Below, in pieces: positions 41,375 to 50,623 of a stretch of DNA of 64,000 nucleotides (position 1 is its first letter; each line of letters begins with the position of its first letter). The notes beneath the pieces are model-generated. The model was given only the letters and a program-made list of their open reading frames with translations. It was not told the origin of the DNA and searched no databases. A program made the translations under genes and the position numbers. Source of the stretch: Myxococcales bacterium (GTDB lineage: Bacteria > Myxococcota > Myxococcia > Myxococcales > UBA5297); contig DASXVQ010000049.1 of assembly GCA_036504155.1 (NCBI GenBank), positions 10,952-74,951 on the forward strand. Reading direction: 5' to 3'.

Positions 41375-41410
41375 TGTCAGACAGCAGCCACTTGTCAGAC
41401 GTCTGACAAG
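41375..41410. promoter_or_regulatory. operator-like array: half-site TGTCAGAC (41375-41382) plus perfect 20-bp palindrome cttgtcagacGTCTGACAAG (41391-41410)
   Basis: Read directly. It is a locally AT-richer intergenic stretch between two minus-strand genes. Confidence 0.4.
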
Positions 41411-41581
41411 TGAACGTCGGCGGGCGGTCCCCGTCGTCCCCTGCCGCCATGCGCTTCCGGCGGTCTTTGCGCTTTTCAGCTTCGTTGTTCCCAGGCGCTC
41501 GAAGCCCCAGGTCGGGCGAATCCTGGCTCAGGGCCACAGTCGCGACGGAGCTTGAGCGTGAAGCCGCCGACCGCCAGGCGG

Positions 41582-43000
41582 TCATGGCCACAGGCAGCGC
41601 GTGGCCTCGCTGCGAGCGAGCGCAAACGTTCCGTCGGGCTCGAACACGAGGGTCGTATCGGCACGGGAGTCTTCACACGCCGACATCGAGCCCTCTTCGA
41701 ACGAAATGAACAGCCGTCGGTCTTGGTAGGCCCAAGCGACGGGCTGCCCCCAGAAGTCAAACCAAGGTTCGTACCGGTAGCGGCCGTCGGCGAGCACGCG
41801 GAGCTTGCCTACGCCGCCCGAGCCGCTCATGTGGCCGAGCGAAGAGATCACGAGCACCTCGTCGGGGCTCTCTTGCTCGGCCAGCACTGCAACTGGATGG
41901 ATGAGCCCGTCGCGGATTATCTCTTCGGAGGTCCCGTCTGGACGGCGCAGCCAGAGGGCTCCGCCGAACTCGCCCCAGTTGGCGGCGAGGATGCAGTCCT
42001 TGCCGACGGCGCCGAGGGCCTTCAACTCCCTGTTTGGAGCCTTGCCGGAACGGCGCAGTTCGGTCGATGCGACAGCGGAGTCGGGACACGAGGGAACGGT
42101 AGACGACCAGGTGAGCTTCACCGAGCCGGAGGGGCCGGTGAGCGCGCCGTTGGCGACCGTCCATGTTGGAAGAGGGCAGCTTCCGGAGCCGACTTCGACC
42201 CCGCGCTTGCGAAGGACCTTGGCGGCTGCGTTGCGCACGTGGGCGGCGCCGTCGCACCGGGCGATCTCCAGCAGCTCGCGCTGGACGGATCCGGAGATCT
42301 CCTTCTCCTCGCCGACGGCCTCGATGGTGCCGAGGCGGGCGGACGTGTCGCGGTGGCGGAGAGCCTTCGAGGCCATGGACTGAGCCCAGGGTTCGGGGCG
42401 TCCCGCAAGCGCGGCCAGGACCAGGTGGCCGTGCGGCTGAGGGCTCTTGAAGAGGTCCACCAGCCCGCGTCGAGCCTGGTCCGACAGCTTTGGCAACGTG
42501 CGGAGCATGCGCGTGCCCGCTCCCACGCAGTACGTGCCGGCAGTGAGCAGCGAGAGTGCCTCGGACTCGCCGCGGGGGTGACCGGCGCCGGCGAGGATGT
42601 CGCGGGCGGCAGGCAGAGCGAAGGCATCATCGGGATCATCGAGAGCGCCCAGCGCGGCTTTCACGAAGGCGTCCCGGGCATGGCTCTCGCGCACGGCGGT
42701 GAGGATGAAGCCCGCCGGCGAGAGGCAAGGGCCGATCTCCGCGACGCACGGTTCGGGCGGATGCGTGCAAGGTCCCGAGGGTTTCGTGCTGGCCGAGGCC
42801 AGCGCCGAATGCAGCGCGGCGACTTCCTCCTTCGTGAAGCGGTGCTGATCGAGCGCCTTGAGCGCCTGAAAGCGCGCCTCCCAGAGGGAGTCGGGGGAGG
42901 CGAGGACGCTGACCGCTTGGCCTTCGCTGACATTCGGCGGGTGCTGCGGCTCTTGAGTCCACAGTTGGCCGTGGAGGAGCGCGAGAAGGGCGATGAGCAT
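41582..43000 (-). CDS. secreted hypothetical protein with N-terminal helical (HEAT-like) repeats and C-terminal beta-rich domain
   Basis: Signal peptide MLIALLALLHGQLW. The 472-aa ORF has consistent GC3 bias. No recognisable catalytic motifs. Confidence 0.55.
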   Translation of the reverse strand: MLIALLALLHGQLWTQEPQHPPNVSEGQAVSVLASPDSLWEARFQALKALDQHRFTKEEVAALHSALASASTKPSGPCTHPPEPCVAEIGPCLSPAGFILTAVRESHARDAFVKAALGALDDPDDAFALPAARDILAGAGHPRGESEALSLLTAGTYCVGAGTRMLRTLPKLSDQARRGLVDLFKSPQPHGHLVLAALAGRPEPWAQSMASKALRHRDTSARLGTIEAVGEEKEISGSVQRELLEIARCDGAAHVRNAAAKVLRKRGVEVGSGSCPLPTWTVANGALTGPSGSVKLTWSSTVPSCPDSAVASTELRRSGKAPNRELKALGAVGKDCILAANWGEFGGALWLRRPDGTSEEIIRDGLIHPVAVLAEQESPDEVLVISSLGHMSGSGGVGKLRVLADGRYRYEPWFDFWGQPVAWAYQDRRLFISFEEGSMSACEDSRADTTLVFEPDGTFALARSEATRCLWP

Positions 43001-43453
43001 CCGGGTTCTCCGAAGGCCTGCGGGAACGCCTCACCCCTGACGGACTGGACAGCCACACTGAGAGGATACAGCAACGCCTCGAAGCGCAGCCCGCTTCAGC
43101 AAGCGATCCGAACCGAAGGCCGCCAAGAAGCCGCGTGGCGGCGCAGTGGGTCCAGGACATCCGGGCCGACTGCGGCGTGACCCTGCGCGCCATCCGCTCC
43201 ACCAACATGGCCCCGGCCAGCCGGCATCGACCGGCCCGCCGCCCCGACTCCCCCTCGCAGCGCTTGCCCTGATGCGCTTCGGGCTTCGTGGGATTGGTAC
43301 GGCTAGCCACTGCACGACCATTTTGCCCAGGCGACCGGGGGCCAGGTCTTCGGCCTTGGCGGGTCGAGGCCCTCGCCCGGGCAACTTGCTGGGCTGCGAA
43401 ACGGCTACCGGCGGCTTGATCCCTCGTTCAGGTCATGGAATAGCTCGCCCGCC

Positions 43454-44206
43454 ATGAGAACCAAACTCGCCCTCGTCCTGGTGTTGGTCCTGCTGAGCGC
43501 CTGCGGCAGAGAGCCGTCCGCCGACCCCGCCGACGCGTCCGTTCAGATTTCCTGCGGCGAAGGCACCGTGCTCAACGACCACACGTGCGTGCCCGCCGAG
43601 ACCGTGCAGTGCGGGGAGAACACCGATCTCCTGAACGGCGAATGCGTGCCGACCGCCGCGGTCTGCGCCCCGAACCTCGTCTTCCGCAACGGCAAGTGCG
43701 AGGTGCCGGTCCCGTCGGCGAACGTGGCGCAGTTCATCGGGCGCACGGACCTCGCGGTCGCCACCTTCAGCACCGACTACGGCTGGGGGTACGGCGTCGA
43801 GCACACCTTCCGCTATGTCGGAACGGAATTGAGCCAGACCAACGCAGCGGCCTGGGCGAACTCGGAGACGGCGATGGTGGGCACCGGGCTCGCGTGGCAC
43901 GTGGCCGGGCGGATCTTCGCGTCCGACTCGAGCGAGGTGAAGTCGGCGCCGGTGACCGACGACACCGCGGCCGATGGGTCGTGCCTTGCCACCGCCAAGC
44001 CGGCGGCGGGCGGCTCGCTGGACCAGCGGGAGATCCACATCGGGCTCTTCAGCTGGAACGGCGGGGTCGCGGCTCCAGTGGCCTGCGCCAAGGTGGGGTC
44101 GGTCACCTTCAAGCCGTCGTCGCGCGCCATCACCCTGAACGTGCAGTTCGGCGACGGCACGGTGCTCGACAAGACGCTGTCGATGCCCTGCGACAACTGC
44201 CCTTAG
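43454..44206 (+). CDS. hypothetical lipoprotein
   Basis: ATG at 43454. Lipobox LVLVLVLLSACG. Cys-rich N-terminal region (CGEGTVLNDHTCVP...QCGENTDLLNGECVP...CAPNLVFRNGKCEVP). Confidence 0.6.
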   Translation: MRTKLALVLVLVLLSACGREPSADPADASVQISCGEGTVLNDHTCVPAETVQCGENTDLLNGECVPTAAVCAPNLVFRNGKCEVPVPSANVAQFIGRTDLAVATFSTDYGWGYGVEHTFRYVGTELSQTNAAAWANSETAMVGTGLAWHVAGRIFASDSSEVKSAPVTDDTAADGSCLATAKPAAGGSLDQREIHIGLFSWNGGVAAPVACAKVGSVTFKPSSRAITLNVQFGDGTVLDKTLSMPCDNCP

Positions 44207-44333
44207 AGCAAGGTGGGCCGCCCGACCCCGGCCGCGCCTGGGGCGTGCGTCTGGCCCTGCTCGGCACGGCCGTCGGCGCCCCTCTGCCGGCGCCGTGGCC
44301 CCAGCCCGCACCGCGGAAGACGGGGAGGGCCGC

Positions 44334-46250
44334 CTAGTTGGACGGCGTGAACCCCGTCAGGCGGATGGGGATGTACGACCAGGTGTCGAGCGAGTGGCTG
44401 CGGATCTCCGCCGGGTGGCCGTAGTCGTATTCCTCGATGCAGCAGTAGCTGGTGTGCGCGCCGTTGAGCCAGCCGCCGAAGAGCTGGATGTGCCCCGTCC
44501 CGGCGCTGGGGCTGCCCGGATAGTTGAGGGCGTCGCCGACGCGGATCGCGCCCCACGAGCTGAGCTTGTAGGACTTGCCGTCGTCCCATGGGCCGCCGGC
44601 GAACGAGTAGGTCGTGTGCCCGGGCGGCGGCAGGCCCCAGGACATCGAGACCAGCCCGGAGCAGTCGGTGCGGTACCCGCCGAACGCCGACTGCGGGCTC
44701 TGGCTGTACATCGCCCCGCGGTGCACCCAGTCCAGCGCGCGCTTGATGAAGAGGACCGCGTTGGCCGGCGCGGCGGCGAGGATGGCGCCCTCGCCGCACG
44801 AGGAGATGACGTCGCCGGAGCTCGAGCCGTAGCCGCACTGGCCGTTGACGCACAACAGGTCGCCGCAGCAGTCGGAGCCGTCGGCGGTCTTGCAGGAGTG
44901 GCCCTGGTTGCCGCAGCAGACCTGGCCCGCCGTGGTCGAGCCGCAGGACAGCCCCGAGCAGCATCCGCCGCCCGAGCAGGCCTGCAGCGCCGACTTGCAG
45001 CTCGTCGGCGCGGTGCACTTGGCGCCCACGCACTCCAGGTCGCCGCAGCAGTCCGCGCCGTCGGCGGTGGAGCACGAGTGCCCGGCGTTGCCGCAGCAGA
45101 CCTGTCCCAGCGTCGTCGTGCCGCAGGTGAGCCCCGCGCAGCAGCCGCTCCCCGAGCAGGCCTGCGTCGCCGACTTGCAGGTGGTCGGGGCGGTGCACTT
45201 GCCGCCCACGCACTCCAGGTCGCCACAGCAGTCCGCCCCGTCCGCCGTGGAGCAGGCGTGGCCGGCGTTGCCGCAGCAGACCTGGCCCAGCGTCGTCTGG
45301 CCGCAGGTGAGCCCCGCGCAGCAGCCGCTCCCCGAGCAGGCCTGCATCGCCGCCTTGCAGGTGGTCGGGGCGGTGCACTTGCCGCCCACGCACTCCAGGT
45401 CGCCGCAGCAGTCCGCGCCGTCGGCCGTGGAGCACGCGTGGCCGGCGTTGCCGCAGCAGACCTGGCCCAGCGTCGTCGTGCCGCAGGAGAGCCCCGCGCA
45501 GCACCCTCCGCCCGAGCAGGCCTGCATCGCCGCCTTGCAGGTCGCAGGCGCCGTGCACTGGCCGCCCACGCACTCCAGCTCGCCGCAGCAGTCCGCGCCG
45601 TCCGCCGTGGAGCACGCGTGGCCGGCGTTGCCACAGCAGACCTGGCCCAGCGTGGTCGTGCCGCAGGAGAGCCCGGCGCAGCAGCCGCTTCCCGAGCAGG
45701 CCTGCATCGCCGCCTTGCAGGCCGCAGGCGCCGTGCACTTGCCGCCGACGCAGTCGAGATCGCCGCAGCAGTCCGAGCCGTCGGCGGTGGAGCACGCGGC
45801 GCCCGCGGAAGCGCAGCACACCTTGCCGAGCGCGTTGGAGCCGCAGCTGAGCCCGGTGCAGCAGACGGCGCCCGAGCAGGCCTTCGCCGCCGGGACGCAG
45901 CTCGCCGGGGCGGCGGTGCACGCCCCGTCGACGCACTCGAGGTCCCCGCAGCAGTCCGAGGCGCCCGAGCAGACGGCGAGGTCGGTGCCGCAGCACACCT
46001 GGCCGAGGGCGTTGGTGCCGCAGATGAAGCCCTCGCAGCACTCGCCGCGCGTGCAGACCTTCGCCGCCGGGAGGCAGGTCGGCGCGGCGCCGGCGTCGGA
46101 GGACGACGGGAGCGAGGCGTCGCCGGGCGAGACGGCGGAGGCGTCGGACGACTGCGAGGAGGCGTCGGGGGCCTCGCCCTCGATCACCGCGCCGTCGCAT
46201 GCGCCGAGCGTCAGGGCCAGAGCCGCCAAGGTTGAGCGAAGAGGAGTCAT
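44334..46250 (-). CDS. lipoprotein with 8 tandem ~46-aa Cys-rich (10-Cys) modules fused to a C-terminal NlpC/P60 papain-like cell-wall hydrolase domain
   Basis: ATG at 46248-46250 (MTPLRSTLAALALTLGAC lipobox). The repeat unit is CKAAMQACSGSGCCAGLSCGTTTLGQVCCGNAGHACSTADGADCCGDLECVGGKCTAP. The C-terminal domain has the catalytic Cys motif YRTDCSGLVS and a His in GTGHIQLF, typical of NlpC/P60. The plus-strand ORFs 44295..46235 and 44845..47961 are shadows. Confidence 0.8.
   Translation of the reverse strand: MTPLRSTLAALALTLGACDGAVIEGEAPDASSQSSDASAVSPGDASLPSSSDAGAAPTCLPAAKVCTRGECCEGFICGTNALGQVCCGTDLAVCSGASDCCGDLECVDGACTAAPASCVPAAKACSGAVCCTGLSCGSNALGKVCCASAGAACSTADGSDCCGDLDCVGGKCTAPAACKAAMQACSGSGCCAGLSCGTTTLGQVCCGNAGHACSTADGADCCGELECVGGQCTAPATCKAAMQACSGGGCCAGLSCGTTTLGQVCCGNAGHACSTADGADCCGDLECVGGKCTAPTTCKAAMQACSGSGCCAGLTCGQTTLGQVCCGNAGHACSTADGADCCGDLECVGGKCTAPTTCKSATQACSGSGCCAGLTCGTTTLGQVCCGNAGHSCSTADGADCCGDLECVGAKCTAPTSCKSALQACSGGGCCSGLSCGSTTAGQVCCGNQGHSCKTADGSDCCGDLLCVNGQCGYGSSSGDVISSCGEGAILAAAPANAVLFIKRALDWVHRGAMYSQSPQSAFGGYRTDCSGLVSMSWGLPPPGHTTYSFAGGPWDDGKSYKLSSWGAIRVGDALNYPGSPSAGTGHIQLFGGWLNGAHTSYCCIEEYDYGHPAEIRSHSLDTWSYIPIRLTGFTPSN
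44810..46025 (-). repeat. ~138-bp tandem coding repeats (8x) encoding the Cys-rich modules of the NlpC/P60 lipoprotein
   Basis: Near-identical successive DNA units are visible. This explains the several long spurious ORFs in other frames. Confidence 0.7.
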
Positions 46251-46419
46251 GACCGACCTCGTAGCAGCTTGCAGGTGTCGAAAGGAGCCCCCGCAACAGC
46301 GAAGGACGGTGGCCAGCCGATGTCGCGCCCGCCCCGCAACCCTCGGCCACCCGGGCCGATTTTCGGGCTCCGCCAGGACGCCGGCGGCGCGCCGAAGCAG
46401 CCCTCCTCCCGCCATCAAC

Positions 46420-48063
46420 TCACTCGAAGAGGCCGGTACGCGGTGCCGGATCGGGACCGATGACCGGGTTCAGGTCGTCCTCCATCGTCGCGGTTCCCTT
46501 GGCGTCGAGGGTGCGCGAGAGCGAGAAGTCGACCGCGAACGCGGTGGGCAGGCAGCCCGGGGCGGTGCAGGGCGCGGGGCAGCTGTGGGCGTCGGAGACG
46601 GTCACGTCGACCAAGCCCTCGCTGTCGTCGTACGGGCTCACCTTGTCGACCTTGCAGTTGCTGGTGCAGGTGGCCTTCACCCTGTCGGCGGTGCTGCTCG
46701 CCGCCGTGGGCGGGTTGCCGCGCGCATCCTTGAGGTAGCCCCGGTACTGGAGGGAGGCGCAGTGCGGGCTGGCGCCGCCCGCGCCGGTGCCCGAGTCGTT
46801 GCCCGGCGTGAGGATCAGCTCAGTCGGCTCGCCGGTCCAGGTGATCTTCACGCTGGTCCAGATGGCGGTGTAGGCATCCCAGACGCCGTTCCTGTCGTCC
46901 CATTTCCCGTTGTGGTTGGCGTCGTAGAACTCCTCGACGTTGTCGTTGGCGGGGTCGTTGTCGCGGGTGCCGTTGTCGTTGGCGTCCACGAACGGCTCGG
47001 GCAGGTCGACGAACGCCTCGCCAGGGTCCCGCTCCAAGTTGCCGTTCAGGTCCTGGAACGACTCGCCGCCGGTGGAGATGGCGACCAGGGTGGCCCATCC
47101 GTCGCGCGGGTTGCAGGTACGCACCTCGATGCCGGGGTTGGCCTTGCACGGGTTCATGACCGTGCAGGGGTTGCCCGGGTCGCCAGCCGCTTCGCCCAGC
47201 GGCGGCACGTCGCGAGGCTCCCGGCACTGCGTGCGGTAGGTGAAGCGGGCGATTCCGCCGCTCGCGGGGTCGGCGCTGAACGCTGCCGACGACGGCACGG
47301 CGCCGGCTTCGGTCAGGAGGAGGACCTGGCTGCCCGGCACGAAGGCGCCGCTGAAGTCGGCGCCGAATGCCGTGCACTCCATCTCGAGGCCATGCTTCTG
47401 GAAGCCGCCGATCGAGTAGTGCGGGCAGACCAGAGACAGGTTCTTGGCGTTGATGCGGCCGCCCGAGATGGCGATGGCGTCCGATTTCTTGAGGATGGTG
47501 TTGTCGTCGGCCGCCAGGACGGTCACGACGACGATCCCGGCGATGGCCCCGGCCGTGAGGGTGGTGGTCACGGTGCCGTCCGCAACGGATTCGCCGGAGT
47601 TCTCGACGATTGCCATGCCCCCGGGCGCAACGGAAAAGACGACGGGCAGCCTGGCCACGGGCGTGCCCCACGAGTCGAGCGCCCTGAACTTGACCGTCGC
47701 GCTGCCGCCGAGCGGGACCTGCGCCGGGTCGGCGCCGAGGTACGCGAAGGAGGCCACGGGCCCCGCGGCGTCAGCACTTGCCGCCGATGCGTCCATGGAC
47801 CCCGCCTGCGAAGCGTCCATGGACCCCGCCTCCGATGCGTCCCTGCCGGAGCCCGCGTCGGGCGGGATCACGCACAGGGCAAAGACCAGGCAGTCCTGGT
47901 CCGCGCAATCGGTGAAGCCGTCGCCGTCGTTGTCGATGCCGTCCTTGCAGGCGGCGAGTGACTCTTCCTTGCCGGCTCCGGCGTCGGGTTCCGCAGCCGG
48001 ACCAGGCGGGCACGCCGTCAGCAGCAGGACTGCAAGGGCAAGGAACGACAGCGAGAAGCGCAT
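46420..48063 (-). CDS. hypothetical lipoprotein with Asp-rich calcium-binding-like (DGIDNDGDGFTDCADQDC) N-terminal motif
   Basis: Lipobox ALAVLLLTACP. 547 aa. Its stop is 170 nt upstream of the NlpC/P60 gene start, so they may be co-transcribed. Confidence 0.65.
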   Translation of the reverse strand: MRFSLSFLALAVLLLTACPPGPAAEPDAGAGKEESLAACKDGIDNDGDGFTDCADQDCLVFALCVIPPDAGSGRDASEAGSMDASQAGSMDASAASADAAGPVASFAYLGADPAQVPLGGSATVKFRALDSWGTPVARLPVVFSVAPGGMAIVENSGESVADGTVTTTLTAGAIAGIVVVTVLAADDNTILKKSDAIAISGGRINAKNLSLVCPHYSIGGFQKHGLEMECTAFGADFSGAFVPGSQVLLLTEAGAVPSSAAFSADPASGGIARFTYRTQCREPRDVPPLGEAAGDPGNPCTVMNPCKANPGIEVRTCNPRDGWATLVAISTGGESFQDLNGNLERDPGEAFVDLPEPFVDANDNGTRDNDPANDNVEEFYDANHNGKWDDRNGVWDAYTAIWTSVKITWTGEPTELILTPGNDSGTGAGGASPHCASLQYRGYLKDARGNPPTAASSTADRVKATCTSNCKVDKVSPYDDSEGLVDVTVSDAHSCPAPCTAPGCLPTAFAVDFSLSRTLDAKGTATMEDDLNPVIGPDPAPRTGLFE

Positions 48064-48323
48064 GGACGACTCCGGTTTCGAGCGACGACGGTCGCACGGA
48101 GCATAGCAGGAGCATCGATCGCCGAAGGTGTTGGCGGGCTTCTCTCAGTGAGTAGATCCGGCTCCGTCATCATCCAGGACGGCCGTGCAGGCCGCAGCCC
48201 ATCGGCCCGAGCGAACGAGATGCCCATGGACCGCTGCATCGGCTCGATTGCCCGTTGGGCCTGGGAGCCGCTGCCCCAAGGCCCGGAAGGCACTGGAAGA
48301 CGCCTTGGCTCTCAATCTTTCCT

Positions 48324-50204
48324 TCACAAGCCGCCCGAGTCGGTAGAGGGCGGCTGCACGGGAATGAGATCCGTCCACTCGAGCTCGAGGTGATCCACTC
48401 GTCCGCGCCCCTGGAACCAGAAGCGCATGTCCTCCTCGCCGACGTAGGCGACGGAGACGAGGTGCAGTCCCTTCGTGCCCATCAGCCCGAAGTGGTCGGC
48501 GATCTTCTTGGTCCCACCCTGGGCGTAATAGGCGTCGATGAACTCCGCGCCCGCCGGGACGGTGTGGCCGTCGGTCTGGGCGTTTGAGGCGATGAGCACC
48601 TCGCCGCCGAAATAATCGTCTTGGGGCACCCGGGCAGTGCCGCAGCCTCCACCGGCTGGGCAGGTGAACACCCCGCCAATTCCTTCGGGCGCGAAGAGGT
48701 TGATGAACCCGCCGGTGGCTATCGCGATCCCGCCGAGCAGCGCCTCTGTCTGGCCGCGCAGCCCCTCGAGGGAGTCGGCGTCGGGCTCGGTCAGCGCCCG
48801 CCGCGCCGCCACGCTGCGGAAGGTCAGGCCCGGAGTGCTCAGCCTGATGGAGTTGTAGTCGTGCAGCGAGACGAGGGTGCCGTGGGCGTTCAGACCGGTC
48901 ACCACCGTCACCACGCCCGGCCAGGAGAAGTTGACCCAGCGCACCGAGCCGTCGCCCGGCTCGACGGCGTAGACGACGTGGTGTTGCACGAAATCGACGG
49001 GCGTGTCGAAGTCGAGCCGCCGCGTGGAGAGCGTCTTGACCGGAGGCTCCACGAAGGACCCCCAGCACGAGTGCGAGCGGCAGGCGGTGGCGTTGCCCCA
49101 GTCGCTGTACGAGTTGAGCGCCTTGACGTCCGCGAGGTCGACGGTCGTGTTCGGCAGCACCTCCGCGATCCCGTCGGCGATGCCGCTGATCTCATCCTCG
49201 ATCTCCGCCGGCCAGGTCATCTGCGCGACCAGCGTGCGCGCCGCGGGGAACCGGGCGAAGCTCCGCAGGCTGGCGATGCCAGCCTCGATCTCTCCGGCGA
49301 ACGTCCGGCCGATGGCATGGCCCATCTCGTGGTGCGTGCCCCACACCCGGACCACCGTGTAGCCGCGATGGCTCGCGTCCGTGCTGTCGAGGAGGATCTG
49401 GAGATTGGGGTCGCAGATGTCGCTTGCCGCCGGGTCGCACGACTGCAGCGCACCGGAGAGGCAGCCCGGAACCGACCGCTGGCACGCGCCGGTCCCTCGG
49501 GTCAGGGTCCCGAAACCCTCGTCGGTGCGTCCGTCGCAGTCGTCGTCCAGGCCGTTGCAAATCTCGGCGCTCGGAGCGCCGGGCTCGCAGCGCTGGAGGT
49601 TGCCGTCGAGGCAGACCTGCACGGTGCGAGCGCACGCGCCGACGCCGCACAAGAGGGTGCCCATGTCGTCGGTCAGGCCGTCGCAGTCGTTGTCCTTGCC
49701 GTCGCAGATCTCGGGCGCGGGCAGCACCGCGCCTAGGCAGCCGCTCCACGCGCCGCCCCGGCAGACCTTGATGCCCAGGCGGCACTCGCCGATCGACGAC
49801 ACCCCACAGGCGAGCTGCTCGCCCTCCTGGCAGACCGGCACGAACCCGGCGTCGGAAGGCATGGCGCACAGGTGAGAAGCCGTCTCGCAGGTCGTCCCGG
49901 TTGTGCAGTCCGCGTCGCTGAGGCAGCGGTTGGGCACGAGCGCGCACTGTCCAGCCGGGAGCGCGCAGGAATAGCGCAGGTCGGCGCAGTCGGAATCCGA
50001 GGCGCACGACTCTGTCACGCCAGCCTGGCAGCGACCGTCCAGGCAGGTGTTCCCGGAGGGGCAGTCGGGGTCCACCGCACAGGCGAACGACGGCGCGGCC
50101 GCGTCAGACCCGGGTGGTCCCAGCCCCGGTTGGGTACACCCCTGACTGCACAGCGCTCCGAAGAGCACCCCCAGCGCCCAGCACGCCCTGCGCATCTTTC
50201 CCAT
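48324..50204 (-). CDS. secreted/lipoprotein with MopE-like putative metal-binding Cys repeats (ICDGKDNDCDG / ICNGLDDDCDG) and a C-terminal hydrolase-like domain
   Basis: Signal MRRACWALGVLFGALCSQGC. The repeated C..G.DNDCDG...E motif is the myxobacterial putative metal-binding repeat. The C-terminal ~380 aa have no motif I can name with confidence. Confidence 0.65.
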   Translation of the reverse strand: MGKMRRACWALGVLFGALCSQGCTQPGLGPPGSDAAAPSFACAVDPDCPSGNTCLDGRCQAGVTESCASDSDCADLRYSCALPAGQCALVPNRCLSDADCTTGTTCETASHLCAMPSDAGFVPVCQEGEQLACGVSSIGECRLGIKVCRGGAWSGCLGAVLPAPEICDGKDNDCDGLTDDMGTLLCGVGACARTVQVCLDGNLQRCEPGAPSAEICNGLDDDCDGRTDEGFGTLTRGTGACQRSVPGCLSGALQSCDPAASDICDPNLQILLDSTDASHRGYTVVRVWGTHHEMGHAIGRTFAGEIEAGIASLRSFARFPAARTLVAQMTWPAEIEDEISGIADGIAEVLPNTTVDLADVKALNSYSDWGNATACRSHSCWGSFVEPPVKTLSTRRLDFDTPVDFVQHHVVYAVEPGDGSVRWVNFSWPGVVTVVTGLNAHGTLVSLHDYNSIRLSTPGLTFRSVAARRALTEPDADSLEGLRGQTEALLGGIAIATGGFINLFAPEGIGGVFTCPAGGGCGTARVPQDDYFGGEVLIASNAQTDGHTVPAGAEFIDAYYAQGGTKKIADHFGLMGTKGLHLVSVAYVGEEDMRFWFQGRGRVDHLELEWTDLIPVQPPSTDSGGL

Positions 50205-50623
50205 CTCCTGCGTGTCGCCCCGAGGCAGCCAAGGGGAGCACGACGGCCGACGCCGGGAGGTTGGAGCTAGCCATTCGTTTTGTGGAGCGCCTGTCGAGGG
50301 AGCGGGCAGAGGGATGCCCGGCGCTAAGGGCTGCAGCCGAACGAGGACAAATCGCCAGACGTCGCGGGCCTATGAGACCGTGCGCGCCGTGCCCGCTCGC
50401 TCTCCTTGGGCCGAGGGCGCGCCCTCGCTCCCTCGCCTTCCGCTCCCGCGAGCTGCGGGGCCCAAGGCCCGGGTGCCGGCTCGCCCTCCTCGCCGCCGGC
50501 GCAAGGCCCTCTTCGCGAGCGGGCACGCGCTTTCCTGCGCGGCGGAAATGGTCGCCGCGGCCGGCGAGCCCACATTCGACGCTAGGAGGAGAGGTGTCGG
50601 TTCCCACCGGCCCAGGGCACGCT

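Noticed and set aside
44295-47961. Plus-strand ORFs of 646 aa and 1038 aa, and the alternate minus-frame 425-aa ORF
   Set aside because: They are shadows created by the 138-bp tandem coding repeats of the NlpC/P60 gene. Periodic nonsense translation.
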